A stretch of DNA of 60,317 nucleotides, filler included. It is 7 parts of 7 records of this genome, joined end to end, with 100 filler letters (N's around TTAATTAATTAA, not from the genome) between each part and the next. Parts side by side here need not be neighbours in the genome. Positions count along the whole stretch, not along the records: positions 7,444 to 18,286 come from SRR31156797_29486; positions 18,387 to 26,210 come from SRR31156797_29487; 5 more parts are not named here. One strand, written 5' to 3'. Under the pieces are notes generated by a model. It made no database searches and was not told the DNA's origin. It was given only the letters and a program-made list of their open reading frames with translations. Made by a program: the position numbers and the translations under genes. Within the stretch, counting starts at the first letter, position 1. Every line of letters starts with the position of its first letter. Shown here in pieces: positions 10,261 through 19,522 of the stretch.

Positions 10261-10902
10261 TCAAGCGGCCATCTCTTGACGGAGTTTGTAGGACAAAATA
10301 TCCATCATAACCGTAAAATCGATATTTTCAACCAGGCAGCAGTCGGGGACATTGATTCGGGTGGGTGCAAAATTCAAAATGGCGTTCACGTGACCCTCCA
10401 AGAAGAGATCCGCTACCCCCTGGGCCGCGGAAGCCGGAGTCGTGATTACGCCGATTTCAATGTCCAGATCCCGGATGGCGGTTTTTAATTCCTTGATATC
10501 CCGAATCTTCGTCCCGCCGGGAAGGGGCATTCCGATCCTGTCCCGGGCATTGTCAAAAGCCGCCACACACTTAAAGCCCCTGAGAGCCAGGTTTCTGTGC
10601 AGGAAAATGGCGCAACCCAAATTGCCCATCCCGGCGATGCCGAAATTCCAGTCCCGATTTACAGCCAGTATTTTTTTGATCTGAGTTTGCAGGTCAATGA
10701 CGTCATACCCCACTCCCCTGACGCCGAATTCTCCAAAATAGCCGAGATCTTTTCTGACCTGTGCCGGATTGATCTGGCATAACCATGCCAATTTTTCAGA
10801 AGAAACCATTCGATATCCGTCAAACTCCAGCAGTTCCAGCTGCCGGTAGTACATGGAAAGTCGGGTGATGGTCGCCTTCGGTATCTTTTTTGCCTTGGTC
10901 AT
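10261..10902 (-). CDS. rex: Redox-sensing transcriptional repressor Rex
   Basis: IPKATITRLSMY, QVRKDLGYFGEFGVRGVGY, GMGNLG, ILNFAP. Confidence 0.95.
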   Translation of the reverse strand: MTKAKKIPKATITRLSMYYRQLELLEFDGYRMVSSEKLAWLCQINPAQVRKDLGYFGEFGVRGVGYDVIDLQTQIKKILAVNRDWNFGIAGMGNLGCAIFLHRNLALRGFKCVAAFDNARDRIGMPLPGGTKIRDIKELKTAIRDLDIEIGVITTPASAAQGVADLFLEGHVNAILNFAPTRINVPDCCLVENIDFTVMMDILSYKLRQEMAA

Positions 10903-11082
10903 GATATTTTTTCCCTGTGGGACCCATAAAAAGCGCCCCCTCTTTCTGCTTTCCGGAGATGTAGCCTCTGCTCATAAGAGGCGGCATCGGAATATTGTAA
11001 AAAATACAATTTTTTTATACTATAAGGAAATTTTTTAAAAGACAAAAAAAAATTTACGGGAAATTCTGGGGATTAACGCTTC

Positions 11083-13005
11083 ATGACAATATCCGGGAAA
11101 GCTGAAAATGGTACGAAAGCCTTGGAAGATAACCTTCCGGTCACCTGCGATAGGGTTTCTAATGAACGATACCAGGCATTCATTGAAAATATCGAAGAAG
11201 GCGTATATGAAGTGGATCTCCACGGCAACTTCGTCTATTTCAATAATGCGTTTTGCAGGGTTCTGGGATATGCAAGAGAGGCGGTGCAATTCCGGAATTT
11301 CTCCAAATTTATGAGTCCGTCCAATGCGAAAAAGGCCCTTGAAACGTTCAATGGCATTCATCAAACCGGGAAGGGCTTTTCTGATCTCCTGTGGGAATTC
11401 CGGGCCGGGAGTGGTGAGACGCGAACCATTGCACTTTCGGCCAATTTGATTCTCGGTAAGGATGATGACCCTGTGGGTTTCCGCGGTATCGCCAGGGATG
11501 TTACCTTTGAAAAACGGATCAAGCGGAATAACGAAGCCCTGCTCCGTACCAGCCTGGCCCTTCCGGAATATTCCGACCTGGATCATCTTTTGTCTTATAT
11601 CAGCCGTGAAATCAAAAATATTCTGGACGCTGAAGGTGCACTGGTGATCCTGCTGGATGAAGAAACGGGGGAACTCTACTTCAAGTCGGCGGTCCATGAC
11701 GATCTGGCCACCGAAAAAAGGGCAAAAGAGGTGCGTTATCCAGCCGACAAAGGGGTTGCCGGCAAAGTTATTCGTACCGGAGAACCGGTTCTGGTAAAGA
11801 ATGTCTCTGATGATCCCGACTATTATTCGGCTGTGGATGTGCAGGCGGGTTTCAAAACGAAAAACATGCTGGATGTCCCTTTAAGGAGTGGAGAGCGGAC
11901 CATCGGGGTTTTGTGCGTGATTAACAAAAAACGGGGGGATTTTGATGAAACGGACATAGAAGTGTTGAATACCATTTCCGGAACCGTTGCCCTGTCCATT
12001 GAAAACGCACGATTTTCAAAGGCCCTGACCGAGTCTTACAAAGAGGTTTCAAGCCTGAGTCGGGCCAAGGACAAAGTGATTAATCACCTTTCCCACGAAT
12101 TGAAAACACCTGTGGCCGTATTGGGTGCTTCCTTGAATATTCTGAGGAAAAGACTGGGAACGGTACCCGAGTCCCGTTGGGAGCCCACCATGAAACGGGC
12201 CAAACGCAATCTGGACCGCCTCCTTCAACTGCAGTATGAAGTTGAAGACATCATGCAGGCGAAGCACTATGATGCACACCACCTCATTTCCGTATTGATG
12301 GAGGAATGCATTGACGTTTTAGAATCCCTGGTGGTTGAAGATACGGGAGAGGGCTTGGGGATCCGGAAATTGAGAAGCCGTATCGATGAAATTTTTCTGC
12401 CGAAACAGGATGATCCTGAGAACATTCTGTTGGACCGGTTTGTATCTCGTACCATCGAATCGGTCAAAATCAAATGCGGACACCGTAACATTGAGATCAT
12501 TTCACATCTGGGAAGTGTTCCGCCCATTTGTCTGCCGGTGGGAGTCATGGAAAAAGTTGTTTTTGGACTCATCAAAAATGCCATTGAGAACATTCCGGAT
12601 GGTGGAAAAGTCGAGGTCAATGTTCAAAGGGTGGGGGATGGCGCGGAACTGGTGGTTCGCGATTATGGTGTGGGTATCAACGGTGATGATCAGCATCGTA
12701 TTTTTGAAGGCTTCTGGGCTACCCAGGATACCATGGATTATTCGTCGAAACAGGAATTTGATTTCAACGCCGGCGGAAAAGGGGCGGATTTGCTGAGAAT
12801 GAAAATCTTTTCCGAGCGCTATCATTTCAAGATTGATATGATTTCGTCACGGTGCAGGTGGTTGTCCTTGGAGCAAATCAATTGTCCCGGGGATATTCTA
12901 AAGTGCGGATATTGTAAAATTCCGGCTGATTGTCATCGATCGGGCGGTTCCATGTTTACCGTGGTGTTTCCTTCTATTCAGGAGAATGCCTGCAAGACGC
13001 CGTAA
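11083..13005 (+). CDS. PAS-GAF sensor histidine kinase with Cys-rich C-terminal insert
   Basis: PAS (YEVDLHGNFVYFNNAF...GFRGIARDVT), GAF, H-box LSHELKTP, N-box LIKNAIEN, DYGVGI. Confidence 0.88.
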   Translation: MTISGKAENGTKALEDNLPVTCDRVSNERYQAFIENIEEGVYEVDLHGNFVYFNNAFCRVLGYAREAVQFRNFSKFMSPSNAKKALETFNGIHQTGKGFSDLLWEFRAGSGETRTIALSANLILGKDDDPVGFRGIARDVTFEKRIKRNNEALLRTSLALPEYSDLDHLLSYISREIKNILDAEGALVILLDEETGELYFKSAVHDDLATEKRAKEVRYPADKGVAGKVIRTGEPVLVKNVSDDPDYYSAVDVQAGFKTKNMLDVPLRSGERTIGVLCVINKKRGDFDETDIEVLNTISGTVALSIENARFSKALTESYKEVSSLSRAKDKVINHLSHELKTPVAVLGASLNILRKRLGTVPESRWEPTMKRAKRNLDRLLQLQYEVEDIMQAKHYDAHHLISVLMEECIDVLESLVVEDTGEGLGIRKLRSRIDEIFLPKQDDPENILLDRFVSRTIESVKIKCGHRNIEIISHLGSVPPICLPVGVMEKVVFGLIKNAIENIPDGGKVEVNVQRVGDGAELVVRDYGVGINGDDQHRIFEGFWATQDTMDYSSKQEFDFNAGGKGADLLRMKIFSERYHFKIDMISSRCRWLSLEQINCPGDILKCGYCKIPADCHRSGGSMFTVVFPSIQENACKTP

Positions 13006-13098
13006 TCAAAGATTCCAATGGCTAGCGGTTATCAGGATTTGTCATAAATCGAACTGTTCATAAAGCTTTTTAAAGAGAGGAAGGGAGTCAGGATAAAA

Positions 13099-13536
13099 AT
13101 GGATGAAACCATACGATCCGCTATTATGGAGCGGGTATCCATGGAGGGTTATGCGGAAAAACTGGGATTGAAGCTGGTTGAGTTGTCGTCCGGTGGCGCC
13201 GTGGTTGAGATGGTGCCCCAAAAGGATGATGAAAACATTTTCGGCATGGTTCATGGCGGGGCCATTTTTTCGCTGATGGATGAAGCATTCCAGATTTCGT
13301 GTAATTCCCACGGTAGGGTGGCGGTAGCCCTTAATGTGAATGTGACCTTCCACGCCCCGCCGCCCCTTAACCAGAGGCTGAGGGCGGAATCCAAAGAGCG
13401 TCACCGTTCTAAAAAAACAGCTACTTACCATGTAACGGTTACCGATGAAAAAGGGATGCTGATCGCTTCCGGTCAGGCCCTTGCATATCGGAAAAAGGAG
13501 CGCCTGCCGTTTTTGGAGAAGCATCCGGCCCAATGA
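13099..13536 (+). CDS. PaaI family hot-dog thioesterase
   Basis: NIFGMVHGGAIFSLMDEA motif. Confidence 0.88.
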   Translation: MDETIRSAIMERVSMEGYAEKLGLKLVELSSGGAVVEMVPQKDDENIFGMVHGGAIFSLMDEAFQISCNSHGRVAVALNVNVTFHAPPPLNQRLRAESKERHRSKKTATYHVTVTDEKGMLIASGQALAYRKKERLPFLEKHPAQ

Positions 13537-13545
13537 TTCAATTGT

Positions 13546-13574
13546 TTGACAAAAACACCGCATTTTCATATGCT
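13546..13574 (+). promoter_or_regulatory. Sigma70-type promoter upstream of hpt
   Basis: TTGACA-17 nt-TATGCT, 30 nt before the start codon. Confidence 0.6.
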
Positions 13575-13604
13575 TTACCGCTGAAATGATGATAGGGGGA
13601 TAGA

Positions 13605-14117
13605 TTGGAAAGAGAACTGTGTATCTCAGAGGAAGCGATTCGACAGCGTGTTCAGGCCCTTGCAAAAAAGATCAGTTCGGATTATGAGGGGGAGGAGCCG
13701 GTTTTAATCGGAATTCTCAACGGGGCTGTTTTTTTCTTTGCGGATTTAGTGCGCGCTATTCGCATCCCCACGAAAATGGACTTTGTTCGAGTGGCCAGCT
13801 ATGGTTCCAATATGCAGTCCAGCGGCTCTATTCGGCTGACCAAAGACATTGAAATTCCCATTGTGGGAAAACCCGTCATATTGGTTGAGGATATTGTGGA
13901 CTCCGGGTTGACTCTGTCATTCTTAAAAGAAAAATTTGAGCAGAGAGGGGCGTCTTCCCTTAAAATCTGCGCGCTGATCGACAAACTGGAACGAAAAGAA
14001 AAAGATGTTCTTGTTGACTATTGTGGATTTCAGATTCAAGAGGGTTTCCTGGTGGGTTACGGGCTTGATTGTAATGAGGAATACCGCTATTTACCTGAAA
14101 TCTACCGCTTGAAATAG
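13605..14117 (+). CDS. hpt: Hypoxanthine phosphoribosyltransferase
   Basis: GILNGAVFFFADL, PRPP-binding VILVEDIVDSGLTL, FLVGYGLD; TTG start with AGGGGG upstream. Confidence 0.93.
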   Translation: MERELCISEEAIRQRVQALAKKISSDYEGEEPVLIGILNGAVFFFADLVRAIRIPTKMDFVRVASYGSNMQSSGSIRLTKDIEIPIVGKPVILVEDIVDSGLTLSFLKEKFEQRGASSLKICALIDKLERKEKDVLVDYCGFQIQEGFLVGYGLDCNEEYRYLPEIYRLK

Positions 14118-14162
14118 GGGCCTCAAAGAGGGTTAGTTGGAATTTATTAAGTGGAGGGTATT

Positions 14163-15224
14163 ATGGTCATTCAGTGTGAAAGCTGTCGAACTGAGTTCAA
14201 TCTCGATGAATCTCTTCTCAAGGAAGAGGGGTCAAAAGTCAGATGTTCCCGGTGTCGCCATGTATTTACCGCCTATCCTTCCGCGCCCGTTCCGGCCGCT
14301 GAGACGGTGGAAAGTCCTGATGCCTTTGAAGGACCGGAGCCTGTTACCTCGGAAAAGACGGATGCCCCTATTCCTGAAATTGAAGAGGGTGTTGAAAAGG
14401 ACCGGGAAAATGGTGCCGCCTCTGCGCTGGAGTCTGATCTGGATGTAATTTACCAAGATGTGTTCAGTGAAGCGGATCACAGTGCCGTTGATGAAAAAAC
14501 CGTGCATGACGATGCGGTTGAAGACGTCTTCAAAGATGCGAGCCGGGGAGAAGAAGTATTGGCCCATGGCCCGGCACCTGTTTTTCCTTCCATGGATTCC
14601 GTTGATGAAGATCCGCCGTTGCTAAAAGAGGAAAGGGAAGGAGACGAAGCGCCGGAAAGTGAACCCGCTCCCAAAAAGAAATCCTCAAAGCTTTCCATGG
14701 CGGTGGTGATTCCTCTGATTTTTATTATCCTTGGGGCTGCCGGCGCCTATGTTGTATGGAAAGCCGATTTGATTCCGCCTTCAGTGCTTTCCATGTTGAA
14801 CGGTTCTTCGGAAAAAAAGAAGCCTGCCGATGCAGGTGCCCGACTTTTGCAGTTCGGGTCGGTGAACGGGGTATTTGTCGATACGGAAAAAAGCGGACCT
14901 CTTTTCGTCATTCGTGGAATGGTGACCAATAAATATCCACAAAGCAGGCGTCATATCCTGATCAGGGGGAGTATTCTGGATAACAAGGGCGTGGTGGTGA
15001 TTGCCAAAACCGCCTATGCGGGAAATACTTTCAGTGAGGAGGAACTCAAAACGCTCCCCTTAGATGAGATTACAACGGCTGCGGATAATCGTGACGGTAT
15101 GGCCAGACAAAATTTTGATGTGGCAACCGGCGCCACAATCCCTTTTATGATTGTCTTTGCCCAGCTTCCCGATGATTTGAGCGAGTTCACTGTTGAAGCG
15201 GTCGGTTCATCGTCCGGGAATTAA
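14163..15224 (+). CDS. MJ0042-type zinc finger / DUF3426 membrane-anchored protein
   Basis: CESC...KVRCSRCRHVF, acidic linker, one TM helix, C-terminal IPFMIVF domain; GGAGG upstream of 14163. Confidence 0.8.
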   Translation: MVIQCESCRTEFNLDESLLKEEGSKVRCSRCRHVFTAYPSAPVPAAETVESPDAFEGPEPVTSEKTDAPIPEIEEGVEKDRENGAASALESDLDVIYQDVFSEADHSAVDEKTVHDDAVEDVFKDASRGEEVLAHGPAPVFPSMDSVDEDPPLLKEEREGDEAPESEPAPKKKSSKLSMAVVIPLIFIILGAAGAYVVWKADLIPPSVLSMLNGSSEKKKPADAGARLLQFGSVNGVFVDTEKSGPLFVIRGMVTNKYPQSRRHILIRGSILDNKGVVVIAKTAYAGNTFSEEELKTLPLDEITTAADNRDGMARQNFDVATGATIPFMIVFAQLPDDLSEFTVEAVGSSSGN

Positions 15225-15226
15225 AG

Positions 15227-16264
15227 GTGGGCGACAGTACCGGTGAAGAGAGTGCCATTTCCCGTTCAGGTTTCAGGAGTATTTTCAGGGGCGCCGTGCT
15301 GCTCTCCCTGGTTCTCATCTTAGGGACTTCAGGCTATATGGTCATCGAGGGATGGCCTCTGCTTGAGGGCCTCTACATGACGGTGATAACCATTACAACC
15401 GTTGGGTACGGAGAAGTGAGGACGGTTTCCGAACTGGGAAGGGTCTTCACGGTTTTCCTCATTTTTGCAGGCATGGGGATCATGGCCTACACCCTTGGGA
15501 TCGTCGCCCAGATCATGGTTGAATTCCAGGTGCGGGATCTTATCGGCAGGCGGAAATTGGGGTTGAAATTGAAAAATATAAAAGACCATTACATTTTATG
15601 CGGCTACGGGCGGATCGGGGAGGTCATCGCCCATGAACTAATGACCAATGGGATTCCCCTGCTGGTGATAGAGCAGGACCCTCTATCCAAGGAAAAATTG
15701 AGGGGCCATGGGATTCCCTATATTATCGATGATGCCACCAGCGAAGATGTGCTGGTGGAAGCCGGTATTATGCGGGCCAAGGGGATTGTGACGGTGGTTC
15801 TATCCGATGCCGACAATCTGTTCATCACCATGACGGCCAGGGGGATGAACCCCGGTCTCTTCATCCTTTCCCGGGCTAGTCAGGCAGCAACGGAGAAAAA
15901 GCTCATTCGGGCCGGGGCCAATAAAGTGGTCATGCCGCACTTGATCGGGGGGCTCAGGATGGTTCACACGATTTTGAGACCCGCCGTGACCGATTTTTTT
16001 GACTTCGCCATGCACGATAAGGGTATTGAGCTGAAAATGGAGGAGTTGAAGGTCGAAGAAAAATCATCCTTAAACGGCGTGCTCCTGATGGACTCGGGTG
16101 TTCGACAGGGTATGAATGTGATCATTGTGGCCATTCGGGACAAAGCGGGGAATATGAGTTTCAACCCCTCTTCGGATGTGGCAATGGAAGCCGGGACAAC
16201 ACTCATTGCGCTGGGTCCCACGGGCGACCTGGAAAAGCTCGGCCGCACCTTGTCGGGCGGTTAG
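15227..16264 (+). CDS. Potassium channel with TrkA-N/TrkA-C (RCK) domains
   Basis: TITTVGYG filter, CGYGRIG Rossmann motif, C-terminal RCK_C. Confidence 0.92.
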   Translation: MGDSTGEESAISRSGFRSIFRGAVLLSLVLILGTSGYMVIEGWPLLEGLYMTVITITTVGYGEVRTVSELGRVFTVFLIFAGMGIMAYTLGIVAQIMVEFQVRDLIGRRKLGLKLKNIKDHYILCGYGRIGEVIAHELMTNGIPLLVIEQDPLSKEKLRGHGIPYIIDDATSEDVLVEAGIMRAKGIVTVVLSDADNLFITMTARGMNPGLFILSRASQAATEKKLIRAGANKVVMPHLIGGLRMVHTILRPAVTDFFDFAMHDKGIELKMEELKVEEKSSLNGVLLMDSGVRQGMNVIIVAIRDKAGNMSFNPSSDVAMEAGTTLIALGPTGDLEKLGRTLSGG

Positions 16265-17067
16265 GAGCGGTGCCGGTAGAGTTCCTGGGCTCTCAGCAAA
16301 GCGGAAAGATCGTCAATCCCCATTACCTCATCTTCGTCGTCTGAAATAATGTATCCGATGCTGTGGCCTTCCCGGGGCATATATTCCGCCAGGTCCGTAA
16401 TGAAGAATTCTTCCAGGTCACGAACAACGCCCCTGATCTCTTTTTGCACCACATGGGGTTTTGACGCAAGGACTGAAAGGGAATGAAGGAGGCTCTCTTT
16501 TTTTGCCCCATAGATTCCCGAATTGCAGACCGGCAGAATGCGTTGATGTTCTTCCGTATAATTTTTCCAGTATTTCCACTCCACAATTTTCCGGACCTGA
16601 TTTCCCCGGATCTCAAGGACACCGTATTGCTTTTTGTCTTCGGGCATGAAGCCCAGGACCACCAGATCATGGGTCTCAAGGGCCCGGAGGAGCGACATAT
16701 AGGTTTCCGGTGCCACAAAGGGTACATCCCCCATGGTAATGATCAGGTTATTACACGGTAAGGCTTCCAGGAAAGGCCGGGCCGCCAGCAAAGCGCCTCC
16801 GGTACCGTTCAATACGGGCTGTTCGCAGTAGGTAATGTCGAGGTGTTGTGTTGCCTCACGGATCTCTTCTTTTTTATGGTTGACAACCACCGCCTTGGGA
16901 CCGGGCGGCAGGTTTTCAATGATATGCAGAATCATCGGCCGTTTTCCCGAATAGGGGGAAGACTCCGGAATCAACGGCAGAAGGCTTTTGGAGCCCTTGT
17001 ACCCTTTCATGCGGCTGCCCCGTCCGGCCGACAGGATGATGGAAGCTGTTCTGTCATCTCTTGTCAT
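16261..17067 (-). CDS. Stand-alone nucleotidyltransferase, similar to the GlmU N-terminal domain
   Basis: IILSAGRGSRM, EQPVLNGTGGA, MGDVP, CNSGIY, EFFITDL; no hexapeptide acetyltransferase domain. Confidence 0.75.
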   Translation of the reverse strand: MTRDDRTASIILSAGRGSRMKGYKGSKSLLPLIPESSPYSGKRPMILHIIENLPPGPKAVVVNHKKEEIREATQHLDITYCEQPVLNGTGGALLAARPFLEALPCNNLIITMGDVPFVAPETYMSLLRALETHDLVVLGFMPEDKKQYGVLEIRGNQVRKIVEWKYWKNYTEEHQRILPVCNSGIYGAKKESLLHSLSVLASKPHVVQKEIRGVVRDLEEFFITDLAEYMPREGHSIGYIISDDEDEVMGIDDLSALLRAQELYRHRS

Positions 17068-17239
17068 GATGTGAGGAAAGATAGGGAATCGGGTGGAATG
17101 CGTCAAGGAAAAAGGTTTGTCCTTGACCGGTCATGCGGAATTTTTTATACCTCATCATGAATTGAAACGGGGCCCGGACGACGGTGTTTTGTCCCGCGGA
17201 ATATAAAAAGTATCCGTATGAAAATAAGGAGAGTGAGCC

Positions 17240-18286
17240 ATGCCCTATGGCTATAACGGCAGGATATTGAGAGTTGATCTGGATAAAAAGTCCATCTCCG
17301 ATGAATACCCTTCGGAAATTGTCTATCGAAAATATATGGGGGGGTCGGCCCTGGCGCTTTATTACCTGCTCAAAGAACTGAAGCCGGGGACCGATCCCCT
17401 GAGCGCCGATAATATTCTGGTTTTTATGAGCAATGTGGTGTCGGGTGTACCGAGCCCCGGATTGACCCGGTTTACCATCGCAGCCCGTTCCCCGCTGACA
17501 GGCGCCTTTGGCGAGGCCGAGGCCGGGGGGTTCTGGGGGCCTGAGCTGAAGATGGCGGGTTTTGACGGTATTATTATTGCCGGACGTTCCGAAACGCCGG
17601 TATATCTATGGATCAAAGACGGCAAATGTGAAATACGCGATGCTTCAAAGCTTTGGGGCCGGGACACCGGGGAGGTGCAAACGCTTATGAGGGAAGCGTT
17701 GGGGGATCAACATATTCGCGTGGCACAGTGTGGTCAGGCGGGTGAAAATCTGGTCCCTTATGCCTGTGTGGTCAATGAGTTGAAGCATGTGAGCGGCAGG
17801 ACCGGCATGGGCGCGGTAATGGGCGCCAAAAACCTGCGGGCCGTTGCCGTTCGCGGTACGGGGAAAATCCCCACGGCCCAACCGGACAAGGTTCGAGAGC
17901 TCACCCGGCAGGCGGTTGATCGAATACCGAAATCTCCCCTGGGAAGCCAGTTGAAACGGTTTGGGACGCCTGTTTTCGTGATGGGTCTCCAGAACGGGGG
18001 CATTCTGCCCACACGGAATTTTCAGGAAGGACGGTTCGAGGGTGCTGAAGCCATCTCCGGGGAAACCATGGAGCGGACCATCCTTCAAGGGCCGAAAGGG
18101 TGCTACAGCTGTCCCGTTCGTTGCAAACGGAGCGTGAAAGTTGAAGGAAAATACCCCGCAATACCCGAGTACGGCGGCCCCGAATACGAGACCCTGGGTT
18201 CTTTGGGCTCACTTTGCGGTATCGGCGATTTGGCGGCCATCAGCCATGGAAACGAAATCTGCAATCGCTGGGGGCTGGATACCATT
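17240..18286 (+). CDS. Tungsten aldehyde:ferredoxin oxidoreductase family, 3' truncated
   Basis: GYNGRILRVDL, RSPLTG, GRTGMGAVMGAKNLRAVAVRG, CYSCPVRC, GPEYET. Confidence 0.92.
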
Positions 18287-18387
18287 NNNNNNNNNNNNNN
18301 NNNNNNNNNNNNNNNNNNNNNNNNNNNNNNTTAATTAATTAANNNNNNNNNNNNNNNNNNNNNNNNNNNNNNNNNNNNNNNNNNNNA

Positions 18388-18564
18388 GCATGTTTAGGTG
18401 GATATATGGGAATCTTGGGAGATGAAGAGGTTTGTATCTCTACAACTAACAGAAACTTTGTAGGAAGAATGGGTTCAAGAAGCTCTAAAATCTACTTAGC
18501 AAATAGTGCAGTTGCAGCGGCAAGTGCAATCTCAGGATATATCACAGACCCAAAAAGTCTATAA
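18388..18564 (+). CDS. leuC: 3-isopropylmalate dehydratase large subunit, 3' fragment
   Basis: Hand translation: [58 protein letters not shown]. Confidence 0.9.
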   Translation, partial: ACLGGYMGILGDEEVCISTTNRNFVGRMGSRSSKIYLANSAVAAASAISGYITDPKSL

Positions 18565-18565
18565 T

Positions 18566-19144
18566 ATGAAATCTTTCCATCATATAGATATTCCATGTGT
18601 AATACTTTGTGGTGGTAAAAGCTCAAGAATGGGAGAAGACAAAGCTCTTCTTCCTTTTGATGGTTACGATTCCCTTTCTGAATATCAATATAAAAAACTA
18701 CAAACTATTTTTTCAAAAGTTTATATCTCATCAAAAGAGAATAAATTTGATTTTGATGCAGATATTATTGCAGACAAAGAGAAAAATGTACACTCTCCTA
18801 TAGTTGCTTTAAAATCTATCTTTGAAACTTTAAAAGAGAATAAAGTATTTATAATAACAGTAGATACTCCTTTTGTAAAAGAGGAGACTATAAACAAGCT
18901 AATTAAACTTTCTGTAAATTATGACATTGTTATCCCTAAAACAGAAAGAATACATAATCTATGTGGTGTATTTGATAAATCTAGTTTAAGCATAATAAAT
19001 ACTATGTTACAAAAAGATATACATAAAGTTGGATATCTTATTAAAAATATGAATTCTTTTATGTTAGAAATGAATGATGAAAATGAGTTCTTAAATTTAA
19101 ATGATAAAAATGAATATCAAAAAGCACTTAGTTTATTAATCTAA
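18566..19144 (+). CDS. mobA: Molybdenum cofactor guanylyltransferase
   Basis: VILCGGKSSRMGEDKALL, VDTPF, FLNLND; ATG 1 nt after the leuC stop. Confidence 0.9.
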   Translation: MKSFHHIDIPCVILCGGKSSRMGEDKALLPFDGYDSLSEYQYKKLQTIFSKVYISSKENKFDFDADIIADKEKNVHSPIVALKSIFETLKENKVFIITVDTPFVKEETINKLIKLSVNYDIVIPKTERIHNLCGVFDKSSLSIINTMLQKDIHKVGYLIKNMNSFMLEMNDENEFLNLNDKNEYQKALSLLI

Positions 19145-19522
19145 AATATATGGTTACTATATTTTCTTCTATATAAAATAAATTAACAATTTCTAATTTC
19201 TTACTAATAACAATATTTGATTTATTATAATTTAAAGTAATATATAATAAATAAATTATAGTTATAATTCTTTCTTCTCTCATAACTTATCAAATATGAA
19301 AAAAAAGCCTTTTAAAAAATCTTATTATTTTATTACATGATTCCTACATAATTCTATCAAAAGTAAATTTAATCATTAATTTTACTTATAATAGTTAAGA
19401 AAAATCATTTTTTCTTATCAAAATTATGAATATTCATTCAAGAATAAGTTTTATTTATCAAAATAGATGTTAAAATTTCTATATTAATAAAGAAAAATAA
19501 GAAATATTTAAGAGGAGAAGAG

